Shown here piece after piece: positions 20,398-29,693 of a stretch of 64,000 bases of DNA. The DNA comes from an uncultured Actinomycetota bacterium (GTDB taxonomy: Bacteria; Actinomycetota; Actinomycetes; JAHEKZ01). Each line of letters opens with the position of its first letter. Position 1 is the stretch's first letter. The DNA lies in NCBI GenBank assembly GCA_963718235.1, contig CAVQYR010000001.1:1536001-1600000 (forward strand), given 5' to 3'. The notes beneath the pieces were generated by a model, which searched no databases, had not been told where the DNA came from, and saw nothing but the letters and a program-made list of their open reading frames with translations. The position numbers were made by a program, and so were the translations under genes.

Positions 20398-21870
20398 GTG
20401 ACGACCCCCGGTACCGACGACGTCCTCGACCCGCTCGGCCTTCGCGGAGACGCCCCTCTGCTCGATGGGTACCTCACCTACCTGGAGACCGAGGTCACCC
20501 CGCTGCACACCCCCGGGCACAAGACACGCACCCAGCGCATGGGTCCGGTTCTGCAGGGAGACGTGACCTTGTACGGAGGTGTCGACACGATCCGGGGGAG
20601 CCACAAGCTGCTCGAGGCCGCCGAGGCGAAGGCCGCGCTGCTGTGGGGCGGCGACTGGTGCCGGTTCTCGGTGGCCGGCTCGACGCACGCCAACCAGGCG
20701 CTCTCACTCGGTGTCGCCAACCCCGGCGACACGGTGGTCGTCAGCCGCATGCTGCACCGCTCGCTCCTGCTGGGTCTGGTGCTCGCGGGGCTGAAGCCGG
20801 TGTGGGTCACTCCCGACGTCGATCCCCACGTGGGGCTGCCCGTCGGAGTGCGCGCCGAGCGGGTCGCAGCAGCGCTCGAGCGGAACCCCGACGCCAAGGC
20901 GGTCTTCCTGGTCGACCCGTCCTACGTGGGCACGGTCAGCCACATCGAGGACCACGCGGAGGTGGCGCATGCCTTCGGCATTCCGCTCATCGTCGACCAG
21001 GCGTGGGGCGGTCACTTCGGCTTCCACCCCGATGTCCCCCCGCATGCGTTGGAGCTGGGGGCCGACGCGATGGTGACGAGCGTGCACAAGGCGCTCACCG
21101 GCTACACGCAGTCCGCGCTCGTCGTGGCCCGCGGGGAGCGCTTCGACCTGGACCGGTTGGAGCGGGCGTTCGACGCGACGCACACCACGAGCCCGGCTGG
21201 CCAGATCGTCGGGAGCATCGATGCCACGCGGGCGCTGCTGGCGCGCGATGGACGCGAGCTGCTGGGGGAGACGGTGCGCATCTGCAACCTCGGCCGCGAC
21301 CGCCTTCGGGGCGTCCCGGGCCTTCAGGTCGTCGATGCGAGTGTCCTGCCACCCGGTACCAGGTTCGACCCGACGAAGATCGTGCTCGGGGTCGCGGGCA
21401 CGGGCGTCGACGGTGTCCAGCTCGACGACGACCTGAGTGAGGTGGGGTACCCGATCGAGTACTCCGACCGGGACACCGTCGTCGCCACGTTGTCGATCTT
21501 CGACGGCGAGGTCGACGTGCTGGGGTTCGTCGACGCCTTCGCCAACGCACTCACCCGGCGACGTGGTGAGGGGAGCGGACGGGCGCGCACCGTTCGCCCC
21601 CATGTCGCCTGGACGGTCGAGCCCGAGACCGTCATCCGCCCGCGCGACGCGTTCTTCGCGGTGCACGAGACCGTGAGTGCGGAGGACGCCGTCGGTCGGG
21701 TGTCGGCGGAGATCGTGGCCCCGTACCCGCCCGGTGTCCCGGTCCTCGCCCCGGGCGAGCGGGTCACGGCCGCCACGATGCAGGCGCTGCACGACGTCAA
21801 GGCCGACGGAGCGATGGTGCGGTACGCCGCCGACCCGTCGCTGGCGACGCTCCAGGTCGTGGTCGAGTGA
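20398..21870 (+). CDS. Orn/Lys/Arg decarboxylase-family PLP enzyme, copy 1
   Basis: HTPGHK, GSTHAN, HRS, VDQAWG, SVHK (PLP lysine), PYPPGVPV. Confidence 0.88.
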   Translation: MTTPGTDDVLDPLGLRGDAPLLDGYLTYLETEVTPLHTPGHKTRTQRMGPVLQGDVTLYGGVDTIRGSHKLLEAAEAKAALLWGGDWCRFSVAGSTHANQALSLGVANPGDTVVVSRMLHRSLLLGLVLAGLKPVWVTPDVDPHVGLPVGVRAERVAAALERNPDAKAVFLVDPSYVGTVSHIEDHAEVAHAFGIPLIVDQAWGGHFGFHPDVPPHALELGADAMVTSVHKALTGYTQSALVVARGERFDLDRLERAFDATHTTSPAGQIVGSIDATRALLARDGRELLGETVRICNLGRDRLRGVPGLQVVDASVLPPGTRFDPTKIVLGVAGTGVDGVQLDDDLSEVGYPIEYSDRDTVVATLSIFDGEVDVLGFVDAFANALTRRRGEGSGRARTVRPHVAWTVEPETVIRPRDAFFAVHETVSAEDAVGRVSAEIVAPYPPGVPVLAPGERVTAATMQALHDVKADGAMVRYAADPSLATLQVVVE

Positions 21871-23342
21871 CCGGCGAACCTGCGCAGCCGGAGGTGCCCG
21901 CGCCCTCGTCGGTCGACGACCCGAGGGCGCTGCGCGGCGCCGCCCCGCTGCTCGACGGGTGGCTGGGCTTTCGCCAGTCAGAGTCGGTGCCGTGGACGAC
22001 ACCAGGACACAAGGGGCGCACCGATCTCGTCGGCACGGTCGTCGACGGAGACCTCCCGCTCTACGGCGGCGTGGACACGATCCGCTCTCGACATGGCCGT
22101 CTCCGGGAGGCGGACCGTCGGTTGGCGGCGCTGTGGGGCGCCGACTGGGCCCGCATCTCGGTCGGCGGCTCGACCCACGGCAACCAGGCGCTGTGCCTGG
22201 CCGTGGCCAAGCCCGGGGACCGGGTGGTCGTCAACCGCAACCTGCACCGTTCGATGCTGATCGGACTGGTGCTGGCGGGGCTCGAACCGGTGTGGGTCAC
22301 GCCCGACGTCGATCCGCACGTGGGGCTGCCCGTCGGTGTTCCGGTCGAGCGCGTCGCGCAGGCGCTCACCGACCACCCGGACTGCGCGGCGGTGTTCCTG
22401 GTCGAGCCGGGGTACACCGGGACCCTGAGCGACGTCGCCGGACACGCCCGGGTGGCCCACGAGCACGGCGTCCCCCTGGTCGTCGACCAGGCCTGGGGTG
22501 CGCACTTCGGGTTCCACCCCGACCTGCCTCCTCACGCGCTGCAGGCAGGAGCCGACGCGCTCGTCATGAGCGCGCACAAGACCCTTCCGGCGTACACCCA
22601 GGCGGCCTTCGTGATGGCGATGACCACTCGGATCGACCCGGACCGGCTGCAGCGTGCGTTCGACGCACTCGACACGACGAGTCCGTCGGGAACCATTGCG
22701 GCGAGTGCTGACGCCGCCCGAGCGCTGCTCGACCGTGACGGGCGCGACCTCCTGGACCGGTTGCTGGCGCTGGCTCGCCGGGCCCGCAGCGAGCTGGTGG
22801 CCATCGACGGCCTGGTGGTCGTCGACGACACGATGCTGGGCGGCGCCCGGATGGACCCCGCGAAGGTGGTGCTGTCTCTTGCCGGCACCGGGGCTGACGG
22901 GCTCGCGGTCGAGGACGACCTGGTCGACTCCGGCCATCCGGTCGAGATGGCCGACCGCGACACGATCGTGCCGCTCCTGACCATGGCTGACGACGAGGCA
23001 TCGATCGACTCCTTCGTCGAGGCCCTTGCCCGGTCGGTGGAGCGACGCAGGGGCACGCCCCGGCACGTCGTCCCGTCGCCCTCGTGGACGGTGCAGCCGG
23101 ACACGGTGATGGCGCCGCGCGACGCGTTCTTCGCCGACCACGTCACAGTCGCGATCGACGACGCCGTGGGGCGCGTCTCGGCTGAGCTCGTGGCCCCGTA
23201 CCCGCCGGGGATCCCCGTGCTGGCGCCGGGGGAGCGGATCACCGCCGAGGCGGTGGCGAGCCTGCACCAGGTGATGTCGGAGGGAACCCAGGTCCGCTAC
23301 GCGGCGGACCCGAGCCTGCGCACGCTGCAGGTCGTCGCCTGA
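21867..23342 (+). CDS. Orn/Lys/Arg decarboxylase-family PLP enzyme, copy 2
   Basis: TPGHKG, GSTHGN, RNLHRS, VDQAWG, SAHKTL, PYPPGIPV; GTGA overlap with copy 1. Confidence 0.88.
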   Translation: MTGEPAQPEVPAPSSVDDPRALRGAAPLLDGWLGFRQSESVPWTTPGHKGRTDLVGTVVDGDLPLYGGVDTIRSRHGRLREADRRLAALWGADWARISVGGSTHGNQALCLAVAKPGDRVVVNRNLHRSMLIGLVLAGLEPVWVTPDVDPHVGLPVGVPVERVAQALTDHPDCAAVFLVEPGYTGTLSDVAGHARVAHEHGVPLVVDQAWGAHFGFHPDLPPHALQAGADALVMSAHKTLPAYTQAAFVMAMTTRIDPDRLQRAFDALDTTSPSGTIAASADAARALLDRDGRDLLDRLLALARRARSELVAIDGLVVVDDTMLGGARMDPAKVVLSLAGTGADGLAVEDDLVDSGHPVEMADRDTIVPLLTMADDEASIDSFVEALARSVERRRGTPRHVVPSPSWTVQPDTVMAPRDAFFADHVTVAIDDAVGRVSAELVAPYPPGIPVLAPGERITAEAVASLHQVMSEGTQVRYAADPSLRTLQVVA

Positions 23343-23357
23343 GCGCGACCCCTGGGT

Positions 23358-24482
23358 TCAGGGCAGCGGTCGGCCCTTCCACTGCAGCACTCCCCGGCGA
23401 CGACCGATCAGCGATCGGGCGACGAGCCAGTCGAACACGAGGATGCACGCCGGATGCGCCAGGGCGTCCGGCCACGGCCGGGACTCGACCCGGCGCGCGA
23501 CGAGCAGCCGTCCGGTGACCCCGGCGGCGTACCCGACCCACCCCGCCCGGGACCCGGTGAGGGCGGCCACGGGCGGCAGGACGTACATCACGGTGAGCAC
23601 GGCGGCGACGCCCGCGGCACCCCACGGCGAGCCGAACGCGGCCCACAGCGACTTGGTGTACCCGGCCTCCAGGTCGTGCCATCCGTCGTACATGCGACAG
23701 GTCGCCTGACGCGTGCCGTCGACGACGACTCCGTGCCCACCGGCGCGTTTCACGGCCGCGAGCAGGGCGACGTCCTCGACCACGTGACCTCGAACGCCCG
23801 TGTGACCCCCAGCCCTGGCGTACGCCCCGGCGTCGACCACGAGGAACTGGCCGTTGGCCGCCGCCAGCGAGGGGCGGGCCGAGCGCTCGGCGAGTCCCAG
23901 GGGGAGGAAAGACAGCCACGACCACTGCAGCAGAGGCTGGATGAGGCGCTCGCTCACGCTGCCGGCGACCTGCCGGGGGTAGGGGGAGACGAGGTCCAGG
24001 GCACGCGCGCGCATCAGCTCGACCGCCGATGCCACCGCGGTGGGCTCGAGCACGACCTCGGCGTCGACGAAGACGAGGACGTCGCCGGTGGCGCGCTCGG
24101 CGAGGCGCTGGCACGCCCACGCCTTGCCCGTCCACCCCGGGGGCGGCTCGTCTGCACCCTCGATCAGGTGCACCCGCGGGTCGTCGTCGACGTGGTGCCG
24201 CACGATCTGGTCGGTGCCGTCACTGGACCGGTCGTCGAGCACCCACAGGTCCAGCGCGACCAGGTTGCGCTGTTCCCGGATCGCGGTCAGGCAACGGCCG
24301 ATGCTCGCCGCCTCGTCGCGGGCGGGGACCAGCACCGAGACATCCTCGGTGACGCTTCCGGGCGCCGCGGACGGGCGCCGGAGCCGGGTGAGGTTCCACC
24401 AGGTGTGCACCGTCGTGGCCACGGCCGCCGCCGCGGCGAGCTGCACCAGTGCGGTCAGGGCTCCGCGTCGGAGTCCGGTCAC
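23358..24482 (-). CDS. GT2 glycosyltransferase (carotenoid glycosyltransferase-like)
   Basis: VLVPARDE, DDRSSDGT, PPGWTGK, ANGQF, VEDV, CRMY; GTGA overlap with cruF. Confidence 0.85.
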   Translation of the reverse strand: MTGLRRGALTALVQLAAAAAVATTVHTWWNLTRLRRPSAAPGSVTEDVSVLVPARDEAASIGRCLTAIREQRNLVALDLWVLDDRSSDGTDQIVRHHVDDDPRVHLIEGADEPPPGWTGKAWACQRLAERATGDVLVFVDAEVVLEPTAVASAVELMRARALDLVSPYPRQVAGSVSERLIQPLLQWSWLSFLPLGLAERSARPSLAAANGQFLVVDAGAYARAGGHTGVRGHVVEDVALLAAVKRAGGHGVVVDGTRQATCRMYDGWHDLEAGYTKSLWAAFGSPWGAAGVAAVLTVMYVLPPVAALTGSRAGWVGYAAGVTGRLLVARRVESRPWPDALAHPACILVFDWLVARSLIGRRRGVLQWKGRPLP

Positions 24483-25270
24483 AGCCGGTTGGTCCACGCG
24501 GTGACCGCGAAGGGAACGGCGACCAGGCCCATGACCACGCCACCGATCAGGGCCACTGTCGGTCGGTCGAAGAAGACAGCGGCACCGATGACCGAGGAAA
24601 CGTACGCCCACAGGTACAGCACCGTGGGCTGACCGATCGACACGTTGCGCCGGGGGAGCAGCAGGGTCAGGCCCATCAGCACGGTACCGACCACGAACCA
24701 CCCGGCGAAGTTCATGGCCGGAATCGCGTCGATGCCGGGCAGCTGTGTCGATCCGCCGGCCCAGGTCCAGGCGCGCAGCTCGACCATCATCGGGTCCAGG
24801 AAGAGGTCCCAGCCCATCATGGAGAGCCCACCGAGCAGGGCGGCGAACCAGCGGGCCTGGGTCAGCGTGGTCGCAGCGACGTAGGTGGGGTACAGCATCA
24901 TCGTCCAGGCCAGCGGGACGACCACCGGCACCCCCGCCAGCTGCCAGCCCAGCGCGCTGCCGTAGCTGTAGTCGCCGAACGGCAGCCCGGTGCGGGTGCC
25001 GACCACCTCGGCCAGCAGCCCGCCACCGGCGGTGATGGCAACGAGCCCGAGCGCCCAGCCGACTCCGCGGTGAACCAGTGCATGGGTGACGGAGGCGGCG
25101 AAGAAGACGACGACCGTGACCACGGCCAGCCGCGCCCGGTCGGCTACGTCGACCAGGGGAAACGCGATCTGCAGGGCGACCACCGCGGCTGCGAGCAGCC
25201 AGACGACGCCCAGCGCCAGGCCACCGGGTCGGTGCGTGGGCGCGGGCCCGGTATAGGTGCGCAGGCTCAC
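24479..25270 (-). CDS. cruF: Carotenoid 1',2'-hydratase (CruF / DUF422 family)
   Basis: E..G..TGLPFGDYSY, VP..VPLAW, WDLFLDPMM, P..NFAGWF. Confidence 0.8.
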   Translation of the reverse strand: MSLRTYTGPAPTHRPGGLALGVVWLLAAAVVALQIAFPLVDVADRARLAVVTVVVFFAASVTHALVHRGVGWALGLVAITAGGGLLAEVVGTRTGLPFGDYSYGSALGWQLAGVPVVVPLAWTMMLYPTYVAATTLTQARWFAALLGGLSMMGWDLFLDPMMVELRAWTWAGGSTQLPGIDAIPAMNFAGWFVVGTVLMGLTLLLPRRNVSIGQPTVLYLWAYVSSVIGAAVFFDRPTVALIGGVVMGLVAVPFAVTAWTNRL

Positions 25271-25281
25271 AGAACGCGAGT

Positions 25282-25863
25282 CTAGGCGGTGCTCCTGGCC
25301 TGTCTTCGGGCACGCCAGCGTCGTCGGATCACCGACCACAACGTGATGACCACGGCCAGTCCGGTGGCCAGCAGGACCGCAGCGATCGCCGCGGCGACCC
25401 ACGGAGCGACGAACGACAAGGCGATGACGCCGGCGACGACGATGTCCTCCAGAACGCTGACCACGATGTTGCTGGCCGGTTCGGGGGAGGTGTTGACCCC
25501 GAGTCTCATCCCCGCCTTCACGACATGGGTGGCGAACGCGGTGAGACCGCCGGTCGCACCCAGGAAGGCCTGCTCCAGCGTCGTGGCGTCGCCAGCGATC
25601 AGGAGGGCGATCACCGTTCCCGCTGTCGGCCTGATGACCGTGTTCACGGCGTCCCAGGTCGAGTCGACGTACGCGACCTTGTCGGCCACGAAGTCGATGG
25701 CGGTCAGGACCGCGGCAGCGATCAGGACGTCGGTGCGGGTGAGCGCGTCCGGAACGGCGAGGTCGGTGAGCCGACCCGCCAGCCCGGTGAGCAGCACCAC
25801 CAGGTACGGGTTGATGCCACTGGCCCAACCGCTGGTGAAGACCAGGGGCAGCAGGTCGGTCAT
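25282..25863 (-). CDS. DUF4126-family membrane protein
   Basis: WASGINPY, ADK..YVDS.WD, NTSPEPASN..S..ED. Confidence 0.8.
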   Translation of the reverse strand: MTDLLPLVFTSGWASGINPYLVVLLTGLAGRLTDLAVPDALTRTDVLIAAAVLTAIDFVADKVAYVDSTWDAVNTVIRPTAGTVIALLIAGDATTLEQAFLGATGGLTAFATHVVKAGMRLGVNTSPEPASNIVVSVLEDIVVAGVIALSFVAPWVAAAIAAVLLATGLAVVITLWSVIRRRWRARRQARSTA

Positions 25864-26561
25864 GGCGTCACCGGGTTTCCGTCGAAGGTGCCGCTGACCG
25901 ACTCGACGGCGAACCGGGCGAACAGCTCCTCGGCGTACCAGCCACTGGCCCGGGTCTGTTCGATCACCTGACGATGGTGCGGGTCCCGGTAGGCGAACGT
26001 CGACAGGTCGCCAGCCGAGCGCCAGATGCTGAAGGTGCCCTGCAGCCCGAGGGGCGCCTCTCCCACGCCGACGGCCAGGACCAGGCCGTTCTGGCGATGG
26101 AGGGCCTCGACCACGGGAGGCACCGAGGCCCAGAACCTACGGGCCAGGGTGGGCTTCAGCCGAGCCCTGGTCAGGGCCGCAACCGGTCCGTCGGTCGCTG
26201 CGGCTGACGGCGTCCCGAACGGCTCGCGGCCCGACCATCGTCCGGTGCTGGCCAGGGGGGTCAACCGGACCTGCAGGGTCTCCTGGCTGCGTCGTCGCCA
26301 ACGGGCGCTCAGTGCCGAGGACTCGAAGGACTGCATGGCCGAGCGGCTCGACCACACGGTGAGCAGACCCCAGTGATGCAGGTCGGCGTCGCCGACGGTG
26401 AACGTGCGTCCGCTCCCGGTCCCGAGGAGCTTGGTGAACGAGGCGCCGGGGATGCGTCGGGCGGCCCGCCGGTCGGTGGCCATCGCGAGGACGGCCTCCG
26501 GCACGCGGACGGTCGACACACCCCAGAGGTGAAGGGTGACCGCTGCCGGTGAGTCCGCCAC
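25860..26561 (-). CDS. crtA: Spheroidene monooxygenase-like carotenoid hydroxylase (CrtA-like)
   Basis: KLLGTGSG.TF, G.WSG, GVGEAP..LQGTFSIW, FAY...H, WYAEELFARF. Confidence 0.78.
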   Translation of the reverse strand: MADSPAAVTLHLWGVSTVRVPEAVLAMATDRRAARRIPGASFTKLLGTGSGRTFTVGDADLHHWGLLTVWSSRSAMQSFESSALSARWRRRSQETLQVRLTPLASTGRWSGREPFGTPSAAATDGPVAALTRARLKPTLARRFWASVPPVVEALHRQNGLVLAVGVGEAPLGLQGTFSIWRSAGDLSTFAYRDPHHRQVIEQTRASGWYAEELFARFAVESVSGTFDGNPVTP

Positions 26562-26592
26562 CCGCCCAGCGTAGATGCGTACGCTCGTTGTT

Positions 26593-27999
26593 GTGACGAC
26601 TCCGACGGCGTCCGACCTCGCGGCAGCCACACCGGCCTCCCGTGACCGGTACGTCGACTTCCTGCGGGTCGCCGCCCTCGGATCGGTGATGCTCGGCCAC
26701 TACCTGATGGCAGGCGTGCTACGGGGCCCCGACGACCAGGTGATCGTGACCAACAGCCTGGTCGAGGTTCCTCCCGCGAGGCTGCTCACCTGGATCTTCC
26801 AGGTGATGCCCGTCTTCTTCGTCGTCGGCGGGTTCTCCAACGCGACGGCGCTGCACTCACTTCGACGTCGAGGGGGTGGCTACGCCGACTTCGCGCTGAG
26901 CCGCTGCCGCCGGCTCCTGGAGCCGACCCTGGCCTTCGTCACGTTCGCGGTGCTGGCTGCGGTCCTCGTGGAGGTGTCCGGGCCCACGAACGCCTCGGTC
27001 GAGTTCGCCCTGCGACTCATCGGTCAGCCGCTGTGGTTCGTGGGGATCTACCTGTTCGTGGTGGCCATGGCACCGTTCATGCTGCGTCTGCACGAGCGGT
27101 ACGGCCTGCCGGTCGTGGTCGTGCTGGTGGTCGCGGTGGCCGTCGTCGACGTGCTTCGGCTCGGCTTCGACGTGCCGCTGATCGGCTACCTCAACTTCCT
27201 GACCGTGTGGCTGGCGATCCACCAGATCGGGTTCTTCTACGCCGACGGTCGGCTGCTGCGGACCCCCGTGGCCTGGTCGATGGCCGTCGGAGGGGGAGTC
27301 GTGGCGGTTGCCCTGGTCGGGCTGCTGCCCTATCCGTTGTCGATGGTCAGCCTCCCCGGAGAGTCGGTCTCCAACCTGGCGCCACCGTCGCTGGCCCTGC
27401 TGGCCCTTGGGGTCGCCCAGATCGGCATCCTCGTCCTGGTCCGCGACCCCGCGAACCGCTGGCTGTCCAGGCGTCGGGTCTGGACCGTGGTGGTTGCCGC
27501 CAACGGCGTGGTGATGACGACCTTCCTCTGGCACCTCACGGCGATCGTCGTGGTCAACGCCGTGATCGTCGAGACCGGGCTTCCCACGCCGGCGATCGGA
27601 TCGGTCGCGTGGTGGTTCGGCCGGCTCCTGATCCTCCCGCTGGTCGTCCTGGTGCTCGCCGGGCTCGTGGCGGTCTTCCGTCGCTTCGAGGCGCCTCACC
27701 CGACGGAGGTCCCGGACCCACAGCTCAGGCACCCGCACCGTGGCGGTTGGGCGGTGCTGGGGCTGGTGCTCGCGACGTTCGGGATCCTGGGGTTCTCGAT
27801 GACCGGGTTCACCGGGATCACCACGTTCGAGACCCAGACCCTGGTGGTGGTGCCTGTGACGCCGTTCCTCAACCTCGCCCTGCTGCTGTCGGGCTGGTGG
27901 ATCGTGCAGTTCGCGGCTGCGCCGCGGCGGCGGTCTGCTCGATCAGTCGGACCGTCTGCTGGGGCTGGTCCCACATCGGGACATGACCACAGTCGCTGA
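26593..27999 (+). CDS. Acyltransferase family 3 membrane protein
   Basis: RDRYVDFLR, LGH, QVMPVFFVVGG, LWF..IY, SN..PP; multiple TM helices. Confidence 0.85.
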   Translation: MTTPTASDLAAATPASRDRYVDFLRVAALGSVMLGHYLMAGVLRGPDDQVIVTNSLVEVPPARLLTWIFQVMPVFFVVGGFSNATALHSLRRRGGGYADFALSRCRRLLEPTLAFVTFAVLAAVLVEVSGPTNASVEFALRLIGQPLWFVGIYLFVVAMAPFMLRLHERYGLPVVVVLVVAVAVVDVLRLGFDVPLIGYLNFLTVWLAIHQIGFFYADGRLLRTPVAWSMAVGGGVVAVALVGLLPYPLSMVSLPGESVSNLAPPSLALLALGVAQIGILVLVRDPANRWLSRRRVWTVVVAANGVVMTTFLWHLTAIVVVNAVIVETGLPTPAIGSVAWWFGRLLILPLVVLVLAGLVAVFRRFEAPHPTEVPDPQLRHPHRGGWAVLGLVLATFGILGFSMTGFTGITTFETQTLVVVPVTPFLNLALLLSGWWIVQFAAAPRRRSARSVGPSAGAGPTSGHDHSR

Positions 28000-28708
28000 G
28001 CCTGACCCACCGGGCATGGCGGGGGGCCATCGACTGCTTCTGGCAGTCGGGGTCGGGAAGGATCCGGTCCTGGTCGCCCCACACGACGGTCACGGGAACG
28101 TCGACCGGGACGGCGTCCGGGTCGAGATGTCGACGGTGGGTCCCGGCCAGAGCCGCGGCCCAGCCGCGGGCCGACGCATGGGCCCGGACCGCGTCGATCG
28201 CAGTGTGCTTGTCGAGCTGGGCCGGGTTCGCCGACGCCGACCAGAACCCCAACGTGCGCAGGGCGCGTGACTGCAGCAGCGTGGGGGCCAGTGGTGCGGC
28301 AGCCCGGGCGGCCCACCGGTTCACATGGGCGATCACCGGCACGACCGTGGTGTCCCACAGGCCGGCTGGCGCCAGTGCCGTGACGCTGTACGCACGACCG
28401 GCCACAGCCAGCTCGAGGGCGATCCAGCCTCCCAGGGAGTTTCCCGCGACGTGCACGCGGGGAAGGGACAGGTCGTCCAGAAGTGCGGCCACGGAGGCGG
28501 CGATGCCGGCTGGGGTTGCGTCAGCCCCCGGCGCGAAGGGTGGTGACTCGCCATGGCCTGGTAGGTCGATGGCGATCACGTCGAATCGCTCGGCCAGCTC
28601 TGGCAGCACCGGGTCCCAGACGCTTCGGCTGCTGCCGAGGCCATGGAGCAGGACGAGCGGCTCTGCGCCGTCCCCGGCTCGGCGTGGTCGTTCGTGGGCC
28701 AGCACCAT
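27869..28708 (-). CDS. Alpha/beta fold hydrolase
   Basis: LHGLG, GNSLGG, WGDQD, GHVPMWD. Confidence 0.87.
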   Translation of the reverse strand: MVLAHERPRRAGDGAEPLVLLHGLGSSRSVWDPVLPELAERFDVIAIDLPGHGESPPFAPGADATPAGIAASVAALLDDLSLPRVHVAGNSLGGWIALELAVAGRAYSVTALAPAGLWDTTVVPVIAHVNRWAARAAAPLAPTLLQSRALRTLGFWSASANPAQLDKHTAIDAVRAHASARGWAAALAGTHRRHLDPDAVPVDVPVTVVWGDQDRILPDPDCQKQSMAPRHARWVRLSDCGHVPMWDQPQQTVRLIEQTAAAAQPRTARSTSPTAAGRG

Positions 28709-28770
28709 GGCTCCATTCTCTCCCGACTGCTTGTGGGCAGCGTCGTGGGTCAGACGTCTACCCTTGGGCG

Positions 28771-29202
28771 GTGCCCACGACCGCAGCGCTGCCGGCGGTC
28801 CGTCATCTCGTCCGGGCGCGAGACCTGGCCGACGCCAGCTTCACCGAGCCCCTGACCGTCGACGACCTGGCGGCGGCGGCGTGCCTTTCCCGGGCGCACT
28901 TCAGCCGGGAGTTCCGTCGCGCCTTCGGTGAGACGCCGTACTCCTACCTGCTGACCCGACGGCTCGAGCGGGCGGCGACCCTGCTGCGCGGCACGGACTA
29001 CTCGGTGGCCGACATCTGCATGCGCGTGGGCCTCACCAGTGTCGGGTCGTTCACCTCCAGCTTCCGTCGCGCGTACGGCATGACCCCCACGCAGTACCGC
29101 GCATCGTTCCCGTCGGCCGCCGCCCTCGCCATGATCCCGCTGTGCGTGCTGAGGGCCTATGGCCGCCCGGTGATCCGCACGATCGGAGAAGACGTCGGGT
29201 GA
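28771..29202 (+). CDS. Short AraC-family transcriptional regulator
   Basis: SRAHFSREFRRAFGETP and VGSFTSSFRRAYGMTP double HTH. Confidence 0.88.
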   Translation: MPTTAALPAVRHLVRARDLADASFTEPLTVDDLAAAACLSRAHFSREFRRAFGETPYSYLLTRRLERAATLLRGTDYSVADICMRVGLTSVGSFTSSFRRAYGMTPTQYRASFPSAAALAMIPLCVLRAYGRPVIRTIGEDVG

Positions 29203-29250
29203 GCGACCCTCGTACCGTCGAAGCCGAGGACCCGACGAGTGGAGGACACG

Positions 29251-29673
29251 ATGATCAAGATCAGCACCACCCAGCTCTGGGTGCACGACCAGGACGAGGC
29301 ACTCGCCTTCTGGACCGACCAGGTCGGTTTCGAGGTGCGCGAGGACGTCACCGTTGCCGAGCTGGGCAACTTCCGCTGGCTGACGGTCGGTCCGGCCGGC
29401 GGGGACCAGATCGCCATCGTCTTGATGGCCATCCCAGGGCCGCCGGTCATGGATGACGCGACTTCGGCCCAGGTGGCCGACCTGACGGCCAAAGGGTTCG
29501 CCGGCACGGTCTTCCTCGAGACGGACGACGCCATGAAGGCGTACGAGGAGCTCTCGGCCCGCGGAGTGGAGTTCACCGAGAAGCCCACAGCGCAGCCCTA
29601 CGGCGTCGACTGCGGGTTCCGGGACCCATCGGGCAACAGCGTCCGGCTCACCCAGCGCACGCCGATGGGCTGA
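29251..29673 (+). CDS. VOC / glyoxalase-family protein
   Basis: VHDQDEALAFW, RWLTV, FRDPSGN; GGAGG RBS. Confidence 0.88.
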   Translation: MIKISTTQLWVHDQDEALAFWTDQVGFEVREDVTVAELGNFRWLTVGPAGGDQIAIVLMAIPGPPVMDDATSAQVADLTAKGFAGTVFLETDDAMKAYEELSARGVEFTEKPTAQPYGVDCGFRDPSGNSVRLTQRTPMG

Positions 29674-29693
29674 GCCGCGTAGCCTTCGGCGCC

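Noticed and set aside
18326-20401. Long alternative or antisense ORFs (691 aa here; also 58382-60649, 36930-38951, 42643-44481, 32037-33797)
   Set aside because: Shadow frames of real genes in high-GC DNA; Arg/Gly/Pro-rich with no motifs
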